Origin: an uncultured Candidatus Saccharibacteria bacterium
GTDB taxonomy: Bacteria > Patescibacteriota > Saccharimonadia > Saccharimonadales > Saccharimonadaceae
Assembly: GCA_963521715.1 (NCBI GenBank)
Contig: CAUQVC010000001.1
Location: 6,179-70,178, forward strand
Length of the DNA stretch: 64,000 bases
Direction of reading: 5' to 3'
A model generated the notes under the pieces. The model did no database searches. It had not been told where the DNA came from and saw only the letters and a list, made by a program, of their open reading frames with translations. The position numbers and the translations under genes were made by a program. Below, piece by piece: positions 30,408-39,550 of the stretch (position 1 is its first letter; each line of letters begins with the position of its first letter).

Positions 30408-31421
30408 TTATGACTGGTAGCCGTTTGGATTGTTACTTTGCCAGTTCCATGTGTCTTGACAGGCTTGTTCAACAGACAACTCAGCTTTCCAGTTGAGCTC
30501 TCGTTGGGCTTTGTCACAGTTGGCATAGCAAGCCGCCAAATCACCAGGGCGACGAGGCTTGATGACGTAAGGAATGTCATGACCAGAGGCTTGAGAGAAC
30601 GCCTTGATGATTTCTAGAACAGAGGTACCATGTCCTGTGCCAAGATTATAGATATTCACGCCTGACTTCATGTGTTCTAGTGCTGCCACGTGACCGCGCG
30701 CCAAATCGACCACGTGGATATAGTCACGTACACCAGTGCCATCTGGTGTGTCATAATCATCACCAAACACGCCGACTTCGTTTAATTTACCAACTGCCAC
30801 TTGCGCAACGTATGGTAGTAGATTGTTTGGGATGCCGTTTGGATCTTCGCCAATGGTTCCCGATGCGTGCGCGCCGATTGGATTGAAATAGCGCAAAATA
30901 GATACTTCCAACTCTGGGTTGGCGACTGCAGCGTCTTGCAAAATCTGCTCAATCATAAACTTAGTCTGACCATATGGATTGGTGATACCGCGACCAGTTG
31001 GCGATTCTTCTGTTAGTGGCAGAGACTCTGGAGTACCGTAGACAGTGGCTGAGCTGGAGAAGACGATTTTGTTAACATGATATTTTTTCATGGTTTCCAA
31101 AAGAACCAGGCTTGAGACGAGATTATTGTCATAATATTCCAGCGGTTTAGCGACCGATTCGCCAACAGCTTTAAACCCAGCAAAATGAATGACGGCATCA
31201 ATCTGTTGATTAGCAAATACCTCTTCTAGCGCTGCTTTGTCACGTACGTCTGCTTTCACAAACGGAATAGTCGTTTTGGTGATATCTTCGATGCGTCGTA
31301 TCACTTCCGCTGAGCTATTTGATAGATCGTCCATAATGACCACCTCGTGTCCGCTTTGGATGAGCTCAATGGCAGTGTGAGAACCAATATACCCGGCGCC
31401 ACCAGTCAACAAAATCTTCAT
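30408..31421 (-). CDS. galE: UDP-glucose 4-epimerase
   Basis: TGGAGYIGSH, KAVGES, SSSATVYG, YGQTK, LRYFNP, GVRDYIHV. Confidence 0.98.
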   Translation of the reverse strand: MKILLTGGAGYIGSHTAIELIQSGHEVVIMDDLSNSSAEVIRRIEDITKTTIPFVKADVRDKAALEEVFANQQIDAVIHFAGFKAVGESVAKPLEYYDNNLVSSLVLLETMKKYHVNKIVFSSSATVYGTPESLPLTEESPTGRGITNPYGQTKFMIEQILQDAAVANPELEVSILRYFNPIGAHASGTIGEDPNGIPNNLLPYVAQVAVGKLNEVGVFGDDYDTPDGTGVRDYIHVVDLARGHVAALEHMKSGVNIYNLGTGHGTSVLEIIKAFSQASGHDIPYVIKPRRPGDLAACYANCDKAQRELNWKAELSVEQACQDTWNWQSNNPNGYQS

Positions 31422-31476
31422 CTTTATTATCCTCCTATTTGGTTGTATTATAAGTATAGCAAGGAATAGAACATAT

Positions 31477-31833
31477 ATGAAACTAACAAAAAAGCAAAAA
31501 CAACTACTCGATTTTATCGAAGGATTTATCAGCGGACAGGGATATAGTCCGACCTTTCGAGAGATAATGCAGGCCTTGGGTTATAAATCAGTCTCGACAG
31601 TAGCTAAGCATATTGATGGTTTGGTGGCACAAGGAGCCTTGATCAAGCGAGAGGGTAAAGCCAGGTCGTTGGAGCTTGGTATCAATCACGAGGTTGCTGC
31701 TACTGGCGCGACCAAGCCATGGTGGTATCATCTGGAACAAGAAGCCAAAAAACGTGAAGCCGCGGCGGATGAGGCGGCTCATGAGGAGGCGGTTATCTTG
31801 AGAAAAGCGTTAGATATTGTCAAAGGTGCCTGA
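31477..31833 (+). CDS. Transcription regulator with LexA DNA-binding domain only (no S24 peptidase)
   Basis: LTKKQKQLLDFI...GYSPTFREI...SVSTV..H...L...G...R...AR; 118 aa. Confidence 0.85.
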   Translation: MKLTKKQKQLLDFIEGFISGQGYSPTFREIMQALGYKSVSTVAKHIDGLVAQGALIKREGKARSLELGINHEVAATGATKPWWYHLEQEAKKREAAADEAAHEEAVILRKALDIVKGA

Positions 31834-31852
31834 TATACCGTTAATTCAGTTC

Positions 31853-31881
31853 TTTACAATAATGTCATGATACGGTACAAT
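31853..31881 (+). promoter_or_regulatory. tRNA promoter
   Basis: TTTACA-17 nt-TACAAT. Confidence 0.6.
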
Positions 31882-31894
31882 GGCAATACGGTAT

Positions 31895-31969
31895 TCCGGC
31901 ATAGCTCAGTGGTAGAGCGGTTGGCTGTTAACCAATAGGTCGCTGGTTCGAGCCCAGCTGCCGGAGCCA
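31895..31969 (+). tRNA. tRNA-Asn (GTT)
   Basis: Acceptor stem TCCGGCA/TGCCGGA, D arm GCTC-AGTGGTA-GAGC, anticodon loop CTGTTAA, GGTTCGAG T arm, encoded CCA. Confidence 0.97.
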
Positions 31970-32380
31970 AGAAAAGACACTTCTACGGAGGTGTTTTTTC
32001 TTTGTTCCTTGAAATACGATTCGGTACCATACAAAATTCCACACCAGACTGATGCTAGTGGCGGCTAATTTTGCTATGCTCAAACCAAAAGTGCTGGTTA
32101 TTCCGAACAGTTGGATAAGTAGCCATATGGCAGTTGGTTGTAAAACCCACAGGCCAGTGAGGGTGATGCCGATAAACTGAACAATTGGCTGGCGGTCAGT
32201 TTTGAAGGTGAAGCGCCTATTTAGGAGATAGCTACAGATCATCCCTGTGGTGGTTGAAATGATGATGGCCAATAGTAGCGGCACGGTGAGCCATATCAAT
32301 AGAGTGTATACCGTAATGTCAATGGCGGTGTTGAGAACGCCGATGGCGGCAAAGGTGGTGAGTTGCTTGCGAATATTCAT
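31928..32380 (-). CDS. GtrA-family lipid-linked sugar flippase
   Basis: FAAIGVLNTAID, SYLLNRRFTF, AKL...WNF...VF; the C-terminal tail overlaps the tRNA. Confidence 0.88.
   Translation of the reverse strand: MNIRKQLTTFAAIGVLNTAIDITVYTLLIWLTVPLLLAIIISTTTGMICSYLLNRRFTFKTDRQPIVQFIGITLTGLWVLQPTAIWLLIQLFGITSTFGLSIAKLAATSISLVWNFVWYRIVFQGTKKKHLRRSVFSWLRQLGSNQRPIG
31972..32003 (+). terminator. Terminator after tRNA-Asn
   Basis: GACACTTC-tacg-GAGGTGTT followed by a T tract. Confidence 0.75.
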
Positions 32381-32387
32381 GTGGGTG

Positions 32388-32431
32388 AGTATAGTGGGTG
32401 GGGCTGTAAAAGAGCTGTAAATATCTTGTAA
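32388..32431 (-). promoter_or_regulatory. Response-regulator direct repeats plus -10 of the GtrA gene
   Basis: Minus strand reads TTACAA-N5-TTACAG-N5-TTACAG-N10-TATACT-N7-ATG. Confidence 0.7.
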
Positions 32432-32568
32432 ACAGGGATACTATTTTTGTCTAGTCTGGTAGCTTTTTGGTATCTAAGTATAGGGTATTAAGGCTTGAGA
32501 TAAGGAGAATATTAAATACACTATAGAGATCCTATATATATTTACGAAAGAATGTTAATATATATAGT

Positions 32569-34011
32569 ATGAAAAATAAAACTGATAAATTGTTAGATTA
32601 TTTACTCAACCAGGGAGAATCAGAGTTTATTGAATTTAAATCAAATAACTACAATGCCCTCAATATGGGTCAACTAATCAGTGCTCTTGCCAATGGGGCT
32701 GTCTTAAAAAAGAAAGACGAAGCATACCTTGTTATGGGCGTTAGTAATAATCTTGAAGTTGTTGGTACGACGTTTGATCCTGAATCACACAAAGAAAAGA
32801 GTCAACCTATCCAAAATTATTTTGCGACTAACCTTAGTTATGCAGGTATTCTAAAATATTGGATAACAGAGAGGGATAATAAGAAAGTTGTGATTATCGT
32901 CATACCTCGTGCCAAAATATACCCTGTTAAATTTAAAGGAGTGGAGTATATAAGAGTTGGGTCTTCTAAAAAGACATTAAGTGAACATCCGGAGCTGGCA
33001 AGAAAACTTTGGGAGGAGATTCTTAGGACTTCGTTTGAAGAGGGGCATGCAACCGACTTACTCGAAAAAGATGATGTTTTTGAGTTGTTAGATTTTACAC
33101 CATATTTTACGCTCAGAGATGTTCCTGTGCCTGATAATGTAGACACAATACTTAAATATATGATTGAATCTGGAGTGGTTATTAAAAAGCTGGGTCGGTA
33201 TATTATTACAAATCTAGGGGCGTTACTATTTGCTAAAGAGATGCACAGGTTTGAAAGCTTGATTAATAAAGGTGTTAGGCTTATCAAATATAAGGGTGCG
33301 AATAAACTGGCTGTTGAGCGCTCAATAGAAGGAGATAAGGGTTACGCTGTTGGTGTAAATAATCTTTTAGAGTATACGATGCTACTGCTTCCCAGTGAAG
33401 AATATATGGATGGGTCTACTAGAAAGACAAGAGTTGTCTTTCCTAGAGAAGCTATACGTGAATTAATATCTAATATGGTAATGCATCAAGATCTATCATC
33501 TAATGGATATCCTCCCAGGATTGAGATATATGATGATCGCATAGAATTTACCAATGCTGGTTCACCAGTTATTGGTATAGATAGGTTTCTTGATAGCAAT
33601 ATGAGCCGTAATCCGAAGCTTGCAAGGTTAATGCATTTTATGAAACTCGCTGAGGAGAGAGGAATGGGTATTGATAGGGTTGAAAGTGAGTGTGAGAGAA
33701 ATTATTTACCCTCCCCGGTAATTAAACATAATGATGGCATTACCAGTATTACGGTTTTTGACCATAAGACCCTTAGGCAATTTAATAGTAACGATAGAGT
33801 AAATCTTGTATATATGCATTGCTGCTTTCAGTATGTAAACCATTCCCCTATGACGAATGAATCTTTACGATCTCGATTTGCTGAAGGTGTACTGTCATCA
33901 ACTGTTGCATCGCGTTGGATTAATGAAGCACTTGAATTCGGAATAATAAGGCCATTTGATCCTAATTCAAAGTCAAAAAGGCATGCTAGTTACGTGCCAA
34001 AATGGGCTTAG
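32569..34011 (+). CDS. AlbA_2 (Schlafen-like) + HATPase_c_4 + wHTH protein
   Basis: ESEFIEFK...ISALANG...YLVMGV; REAIRELISN..HQD, IEIYDDRIEFTN, SRNPKLA, EERGMGI; visibly AT-richer than flanks. Confidence 0.8.
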   Translation: MKNKTDKLLDYLLNQGESEFIEFKSNNYNALNMGQLISALANGAVLKKKDEAYLVMGVSNNLEVVGTTFDPESHKEKSQPIQNYFATNLSYAGILKYWITERDNKKVVIIVIPRAKIYPVKFKGVEYIRVGSSKKTLSEHPELARKLWEEILRTSFEEGHATDLLEKDDVFELLDFTPYFTLRDVPVPDNVDTILKYMIESGVVIKKLGRYIITNLGALLFAKEMHRFESLINKGVRLIKYKGANKLAVERSIEGDKGYAVGVNNLLEYTMLLLPSEEYMDGSTRKTRVVFPREAIRELISNMVMHQDLSSNGYPPRIEIYDDRIEFTNAGSPVIGIDRFLDSNMSRNPKLARLMHFMKLAEERGMGIDRVESECERNYLPSPVIKHNDGITSITVFDHKTLRQFNSNDRVNLVYMHCCFQYVNHSPMTNESLRSRFAEGVLSSTVASRWINEALEFGIIRPFDPNSKSKRHASYVPKWA

Positions 34012-34176
34012 TTTATATATACGAGACGGGTAACATTAGGAGAAATCCGCAGATTAACAGAGGTAGGATATAAAAATCCTATAATCGCTTATTTGTACGA
34101 GAGGCTAAATACAAAACAATCCGTATATAGTAGATATTTAAGTTGATCATAAATAATCATTAAGTTTGTAAGTTGT

Positions 34177-34209
34177 TTAAAGCAAAATTACAGACCTCTT
34201 GGTTATAGT
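34177..34209 (+). promoter_or_regulatory. Response-regulator direct repeats plus -10 of the GT2-YkcB gene
   Basis: TTAAAG-N5-TTACAG-N10-TATAGT-N7-ATG(34217). Confidence 0.7.
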
Positions 34210-34216
34210 TGCCTGC

Positions 34217-36814
34217 ATGAACATGAAAGCAGCAACCATACCCCAACCGCTGACTCAGTCGCGGCACCTCGCCACTGATAGCCAGCTGCCATTTCGGGCG
34301 ATTACCCGTCCGCTCATTGATATTGTCGTACCGGTGTTAAATGAGGAGAAGATTCTTCAAAAAAGCATCATGACACTTGATGAATATATGGCAAAACATT
34401 TGCCGTATCGCTATCAAATCACCATTGCAGACAACGGCAGTCAGGACAAGACGCTGGAAATTGCCAAGAACTTAGCGGAAAAACACCAATCAGTTCAGGT
34501 AGTTAGCCTGGCGGAGCGTGGTCGCGGACGAGCGCTCAAACGAGTGTGGCAGAATAGCTCAGCGGACATTTTGACGTATATGGATGTTGATCTGTCGACC
34601 AGTCTGGATGATTTTCTGCCGATGATTCAGCCGCTGGTGGCGGGCGAAGCCGGCGTGGCGATCGGTTCGCGGCTAACTAAGGGCTCCAAAACGACGCGTG
34701 GTGTGAAGCGAGAATTCATCTCGCGGTGTTATAACAACATTATCAAATGGACGTCAGGTACTAAGTTTAGTGACGCGCAGTGTGGTTTCAAGGCGATTCG
34801 CCGGGATGTCGCCGCAAAATTCTTGCCAAAAATCAAAGACAATGAGTGGTTTTTTGACACCGAATTGCTGATCAAAACCGAGCGGGCGGGTGTGCCGATT
34901 CATGAACAGCCAGTCACCTGGACTGAGGATACGGATAGCCGCGTGAAAATTGTGAAAACGGCCGTCGATGATCTAAAGGGGCTGTACCGCGTCAACAAGG
35001 AACTAGACAAACGGTCGTGGTTTGAGAAGTGGACGCTACCGGTGTTGTTAGTGTTGACGGGTGTGTTGTATTTGTTTGGCGCGCTCCATAACGGTATGGC
35101 GAACAGCTACTATGCAGCGGCGATACAGGCGGCCAGCCAGGATTGGACGGCGTGGCTGTTTGGTAGTTTGGATGCAGCCAATTATGTGTCGGTTGATAAG
35201 CCACCACTGGCGACAATGCTGATGGGTTTGAGTGCTCGACTGTTTGGCTTTTCAAGCTTTTCGATGTTACTACCGAGTGTGTTGGCAGGAGTTGGTTCGG
35301 TGTGGCTGGTGTACGGAGCAGTGAAACGGCAGTTCGGTTTCACTAGTGCTGTTATTGCCGGAGCGACACTGATGCTAACGCCAGTGGCGGCACTGATGTT
35401 TGGTTTCAATAATCCTGATGCGATTTTGACACTGATGTTGAGCGCTAGTGGCTATGCGTTTTTACGCTCGCTGGAGGGTAAGCGACCGCTGCTGTGGCTG
35501 GGTTTGGCGGGGTTATTCACGGGGCTAGCATTTAACACTAAAATGCTGCAAGGATTGATGGTACTACCGGCAATGGTAGTGGTCTACCTGGTGTTTGCTA
35601 AGCCGCCGATTGTAAAACGGTTTCTGCACGTGATATTTGCGGGCGTGATCACCACGATGTCGACGCTGTGGTGGAGTGTGTTAGTCTGGCTGACGCCAGC
35701 TGGTAGCCGGCCGTGGGTGGGTAGCACCAATGATAACAATATCTGGAGTTTGATTTTTGGCTATAACGGCCTTGGTCGATTGCTTGGCGGACGCGGTGGC
35801 GGTGTTGGCCCGGGTGGTGGACACGGGCCGGGTGGCACGGGCTTTGGTGGACAGACGGGAATTTTCAGGATCTTTAATAATGATTTTGGACCGAATATTG
35901 CTTGGTTGCTGGTCTTGGCACTGGCGGGTGGTGGATTGATGCTATGGATTTTGCGAAAAACACCCCGAACCAATCGTGGACGGGCGGCAGTGATTTTCTG
36001 GATGCTGTGGCTGCTAATCCATATCGTTATCTTTAGTATGACCAGCGGCGTAATTCATCCATATTACGTGGTGGTGATGGCGCCAGCGGCGGCGGCACTA
36101 GTCGGTATTAGTCTGCCGTTTCTGTGGGGCGCGTACACCAGACGCAAACCATATGCGTGGCTACTGCCGCTGCTGGTCGGCGTGACGGTGGCGATAGCGG
36201 TGATTATCCTGGGTTACGCTGGGACGATGACGTGGCTGATGTGGATAGTGGGTCTGTTGGGTCTGACGGGAATGATTGGGTTGTTAGTTAATCTTTACGC
36301 GCCGTGGCGATGGCTGCAAAACTTGGCAATCATCGCTGCCATAGCCGCCTGTACACTCGCCCTGACGGTGTATACATTGGCGACAGTCAATGTCACGCAC
36401 ACTGGTAGCATTCCGACCGCTGGGCCGAATTCCACAGCGATGCAGGGGAGTAATAACGAATCGTCGCAGGCGGACAGCCAGTTGGTGAAGTATCTCGTAG
36501 AGCATCAACATGGCGCGACCTGGTTGGTGGCAGTAGCCAGCGCCAACGAATCAGCGGCGATTCAGCTGACCAGTGGTCAGCCAGTGATGGCGGTCGGTGG
36601 GTTTAACGGTAGTGATACGCCACTGACACTCGATCAATTTAAGCAATTAGTGAAGGCCGGCAAAGTCAAATATTACGCCATCGGCTCACATGGTCGCGGT
36701 GGTGGCGGCCCAGGCGGCGGTAATAATGAAATCACGGCGTGGGTCAAACAAACTGGCACCGTCGTTAATTATGGAGGTAGCGATGTAACACTGTACGAAT
36801 TATCGAGAGAGTAA
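34217..36814 (+). CDS. Fusion of GT2 (polyprenol-P sugar synthase) and ArnT/PMT-like GT-C (YkcB-like)
   Basis: VVPVLNEE, DNGSQD, YMDVDLST, SDAQCGFK; ANSYYAAA, VDKPP, NNPDA, FNTKMLQ, IHPYY, PVMAVGGFNGSD. Confidence 0.88.
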   Translation: MNMKAATIPQPLTQSRHLATDSQLPFRAITRPLIDIVVPVLNEEKILQKSIMTLDEYMAKHLPYRYQITIADNGSQDKTLEIAKNLAEKHQSVQVVSLAERGRGRALKRVWQNSSADILTYMDVDLSTSLDDFLPMIQPLVAGEAGVAIGSRLTKGSKTTRGVKREFISRCYNNIIKWTSGTKFSDAQCGFKAIRRDVAAKFLPKIKDNEWFFDTELLIKTERAGVPIHEQPVTWTEDTDSRVKIVKTAVDDLKGLYRVNKELDKRSWFEKWTLPVLLVLTGVLYLFGALHNGMANSYYAAAIQAASQDWTAWLFGSLDAANYVSVDKPPLATMLMGLSARLFGFSSFSMLLPSVLAGVGSVWLVYGAVKRQFGFTSAVIAGATLMLTPVAALMFGFNNPDAILTLMLSASGYAFLRSLEGKRPLLWLGLAGLFTGLAFNTKMLQGLMVLPAMVVVYLVFAKPPIVKRFLHVIFAGVITTMSTLWWSVLVWLTPAGSRPWVGSTNDNNIWSLIFGYNGLGRLLGGRGGGVGPGGGHGPGGTGFGGQTGIFRIFNNDFGPNIAWLLVLALAGGGLMLWILRKTPRTNRGRAAVIFWMLWLLIHIVIFSMTSGVIHPYYVVVMAPAAAALVGISLPFLWGAYTRRKPYAWLLPLLVGVTVAIAVIILGYAGTMTWLMWIVGLLGLTGMIGLLVNLYAPWRWLQNLAIIAAIAACTLALTVYTLATVNVTHTGSIPTAGPNSTAMQGSNNESSQADSQLVKYLVEHQHGATWLVAVASANESAAIQLTSGQPVMAVGGFNGSDTPLTLDQFKQLVKAGKVKYYAIGSHGRGGGGPGGGNNEITAWVKQTGTVVNYGGSDVTLYELSRE

Positions 36815-36833
36815 CGTAACGAAAGGAGAAATT

Positions 36834-37280
36834 ATGGCAATTTCACAAACCAAGCAAGCACAACTCACTACACCAGAAGCGGTCTATGATCAGCCGCCCG
36901 CGCCGCGTCCAAATGGCATAAACTCTGGCAAAAGTGGGTTAAGCGCCGGGGCAACTACCGGCATAGCGGTCAGTGGCGTAGTGGCCTGTGCGCTCAGCTT
37001 TGTCGTCGGTATGCAGGTCGGCGGCTCGCAAAACAGCGGCATGAACAATCAGGCTGGCGGCCCGCCAAATATGAGTCGAACCCAGAGTGGTCAGCCAGGT
37101 GGGCCGGGTGGACAAACTGGCGGCGCACCGGGCGGTAGTCAGAATCAAACCGGCCAAAACTCACAAACGCCAGCAGCGCAGAATAATAATGGCGCAGCGC
37201 AAAACAACCAAACTGCTCCGTCGTCACAGACTGGTTCGGCGCAGCCACCAATCGCCAATACCGCGCCGCAGGCCAATTAA
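36834..37280 (+). CDS. Single-TM protein with G/Q/N/P/S-rich tail
   Basis: AAAGGAG RBS; TM ending SFVVGMQVG; low-complexity C-terminus. Confidence 0.7.
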   Translation: MAISQTKQAQLTTPEAVYDQPPAPRPNGINSGKSGLSAGATTGIAVSGVVACALSFVVGMQVGGSQNSGMNNQAGGPPNMSRTQSGQPGGPGGQTGGAPGGSQNQTGQNSQTPAAQNNNGAAQNNQTAPSSQTGSAQPPIANTAPQAN

Positions 37281-37296
37281 CCAGCGGCGAATCAAC

Positions 37297-37333
37297 AAAA
37301 AGCAGCGTCTACCTCCTCGGGCGCTGCTTTCTT
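37297..37333 (+). terminator. Rho-independent terminator
   Basis: AAAGCAGCGT...GCGCTGCTTT followed by CTT. Confidence 0.7.
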
Positions 37334-37371
37334 GATTGTTAAAAATGGTAAATCAGACGTATAATAGATGA

Positions 37372-38352
37372 GTGAAAAAACATCAAAGTACAAACAAACG
37401 TTGGCTATTGGCTGCAGTGGTAGTTGCGGTGCTTCTTGCAGTGAAGGTTGCTGGACGAAACCTGTCTATAGAGCTACCTAAGCATTTCCAAGACTTTATC
37501 ACCCTGACTTTGAGCGTCATCATCGAAGCATTGCCATTCGTGATGCTTGGTATGTTTTTCTCCATGGCTGTTCGAGTGTGGTTGCCTCACGACTGGCTGC
37601 TTCAGCACTTGCCAAAACAGCCATTCTTGCGTCGCGCGCTCATCTCGCTGCTTGGAGTGTTGATGCCGGTTTGTGAATGCGGCAACGTGCCATTAGCACG
37701 AGGACTGCTTACCAAAGGTTTAACGCCAGCAGAATCTCTCACCTTTCTTTTGGCGGCACCAATACTAAATCCTGTGACCATCATCACCACTCAGCAGGCA
37801 TTCTCTGATGATAACACCGTACTGGTCGCCAGGATTTTGGGTGGTTTTTTGATTGCCAATCTCATCGGCTGGATATACAGCTCGACGCAGCAAGACGCCA
37901 TGTTGCGTTCAGAATTTATCGCTAGCTGCAAAGAGAGAGATGACAATTCAAATAGGCTCATTGACGCGCTTCATTTTTTCAAACATGAAACGCGCACCAT
38001 GATGCCAGCATTGATCATTGGCGCCATGGTTGCTGGTCTCATCCAAGTTGTCGTGCCACGTGAAACCATTTTGCTGTTAGGAAACAGCCCAGCCTGGTCA
38101 GTATTGGTCATGGTGCTGCTGGCATTTGTGGTTTCGATTTGCTCTAGTGTTGATGCCTTTTTTGCGCTGGCATTTCGTGGTACGTTTACGTCTGGATCAC
38201 TAGTCAGCTTCCTGACATTTGGTCCGATGATTGACATTAAAATGCTGAGTCTGATGCACACAACGTATCGCCGAACGGTACTAGTGCAAGTGTCATTATT
38301 GGTGGTGTTACTGACGGCGCTGCTGGGATTGGTGGTAAATTATGTATTCTAA
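37372..38352 (+). CDS. DUF318/ArsP-family permease
   Basis: EALPF, PVCECGNVP, FLLAAPILNP, SICSSVDAF, FGPMIDIK. Confidence 0.9.
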   Translation: MKKHQSTNKRWLLAAVVVAVLLAVKVAGRNLSIELPKHFQDFITLTLSVIIEALPFVMLGMFFSMAVRVWLPHDWLLQHLPKQPFLRRALISLLGVLMPVCECGNVPLARGLLTKGLTPAESLTFLLAAPILNPVTIITTQQAFSDDNTVLVARILGGFLIANLIGWIYSSTQQDAMLRSEFIASCKERDDNSNRLIDALHFFKHETRTMMPALIIGAMVAGLIQVVVPRETILLLGNSPAWSVLVMVLLAFVVSICSSVDAFFALAFRGTFTSGSLVSFLTFGPMIDIKMLSLMHTTYRRTVLVQVSLLVVLLTALLGLVVNYVF

Positions 38353-39091
38353 AGTATTACACTGGATCAATAAGCTGGACGAATGGAGTGGCATCCTGCT
38401 GATGCTAGTTGCCAGTATCGCTACGATATGGCTCTCATTCGAAGAAAAACTCAAGTGGTATATTCATCCGCGCTATGAATTATTTTCCTTGGCGTTAGCG
38501 ACAACTGGTGTTTTACTCGCCCTCGCCACGATCATCACTCTGCCAAAGCACAATCACAAAACCTCACCTAAACGATATCGGCCATATGGTACTATGGTGA
38601 TGGTCGTTATCTCGGTCGTCATACTGCTAGTGATACAGCCGGCGGCGTTGACCAGTTTGACGGTGAGTCAGCGGGTGATGAATAGTGGGGCAAACGCGAC
38701 CAGTGATGCTCGTGAATCAGCCATTCTCAAAGAAAGAGGCAGCTACACCAACTTCACCATCAAAGATTGGTCGCTCTTATTATCCCAATCCAGTGACCCA
38801 AAACAATACCAAAACAAACCAGCCAAAGTCAGTGGATTTATCACAGCTAGCAATGATGAAAATGTTTTCTTTGTTTCGCGTTTTGTAGTGACGTGTTGTG
38901 CTTTGGATGCTCGCCCAATTGGTGTACCAGTGTACAGCCCAGGCTGGCGCAAAACCTTTGCTCCAGATCAGTGGGTAGAGACCAGCGGGGTGTTTATCGC
39001 CAATCCAAATACTAACACCACCGATCGTACAGTCCTGTCGCCTGATTATGTCAGACCGATTGATAAGGAGAAAAACCAGTATGTCTATTAG
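38342..39091 (+). CDS. TIGR03943/DUF1980 membrane protein
   Basis: YIHPRY, SRFVVTCCALDA, DQWV..SG; usual partner of DUF318. Confidence 0.85.
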   Translation: MYSKVLHWINKLDEWSGILLMLVASIATIWLSFEEKLKWYIHPRYELFSLALATTGVLLALATIITLPKHNHKTSPKRYRPYGTMVMVVISVVILLVIQPAALTSLTVSQRVMNSGANATSDARESAILKERGSYTNFTIKDWSLLLSQSSDPKQYQNKPAKVSGFITASNDENVFFVSRFVVTCCALDARPIGVPVYSPGWRKTFAPDQWVETSGVFIANPNTNTTDRTVLSPDYVRPIDKEKNQYVY

Positions 39092-39488
39092 TGTTGTGAA
39101 AAGAATGCAGCGATGGCAATGGGTGATGGCGGTCGCGATTATTGCTGTTGCTGTTATGTTTATCCTGGTCGACGGGCAAGGTCCACGGTTACGGCGTGCC
39201 GAATATATTCCGGCACCAAAATCTGGTAGTGTTGCCCAGTGGCGATTTTATTTCAATCAATCAGTCAAAGACCCTTCGCCGGATAACGTTCGTCTGTCGG
39301 CCGGGCGCTTATATGGCGTGACGACGACCAATGATGTTGTCACCGTGCAAGTGCTCAAAACGGGCCCAGAACCAACAGAACAGCACATTACTATCATTGA
39401 TCTGCAGAGTAAATATGGTAATCGTAGTAGTACTATAACGCACGTGGTTCGCAAGCCAGACACATTGTTTTATACTCCTGCTAAATAA
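39081..39488 (+). CDS. Membrane-anchored Ig-like hypothetical protein
   Basis: AAGGAG RBS, N-terminal TM, FYFNQSV beta domain. Confidence 0.55.
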   Translation: MSISVVKRMQRWQWVMAVAIIAVAVMFILVDGQGPRLRRAEYIPAPKSGSVAQWRFYFNQSVKDPSPDNVRLSAGRLYGVTTTNDVVTVQVLKTGPEPTEQHITIIDLQSKYGNRSSTITHVVRKPDTLFYTPAK

Positions 39489-39495
39489 TCATCGC

Positions 39496-39528
39496 TTACA
39501 GCTTTTTTAAAGATTGGCAGCGTATCAT
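39496..39528 (+). promoter_or_regulatory. Response-regulator direct repeats plus -10 upstream of the wHTH-DUF1697-RR-HK cluster
   Basis: TTACAG-N5-TTAAAG-N10-TATCAT. Confidence 0.7.
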
Positions 39529-39550
39529 CAAGATATCACTAACAGAAAGG

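Noticed and set aside
31950..31969. tRNA-Asn 3' end as the att site of an integrated island
   Set aside because: No duplicated tRNA 3' fragment and no integrase noticed in the window
35785..35855. GGCCCGGGTGG / GGGCCGGGTGG short repeats
   Set aside because: They encode the Gly-Pro-Gly-Gly loop typical of YkcB-like proteins; a coding repeat only
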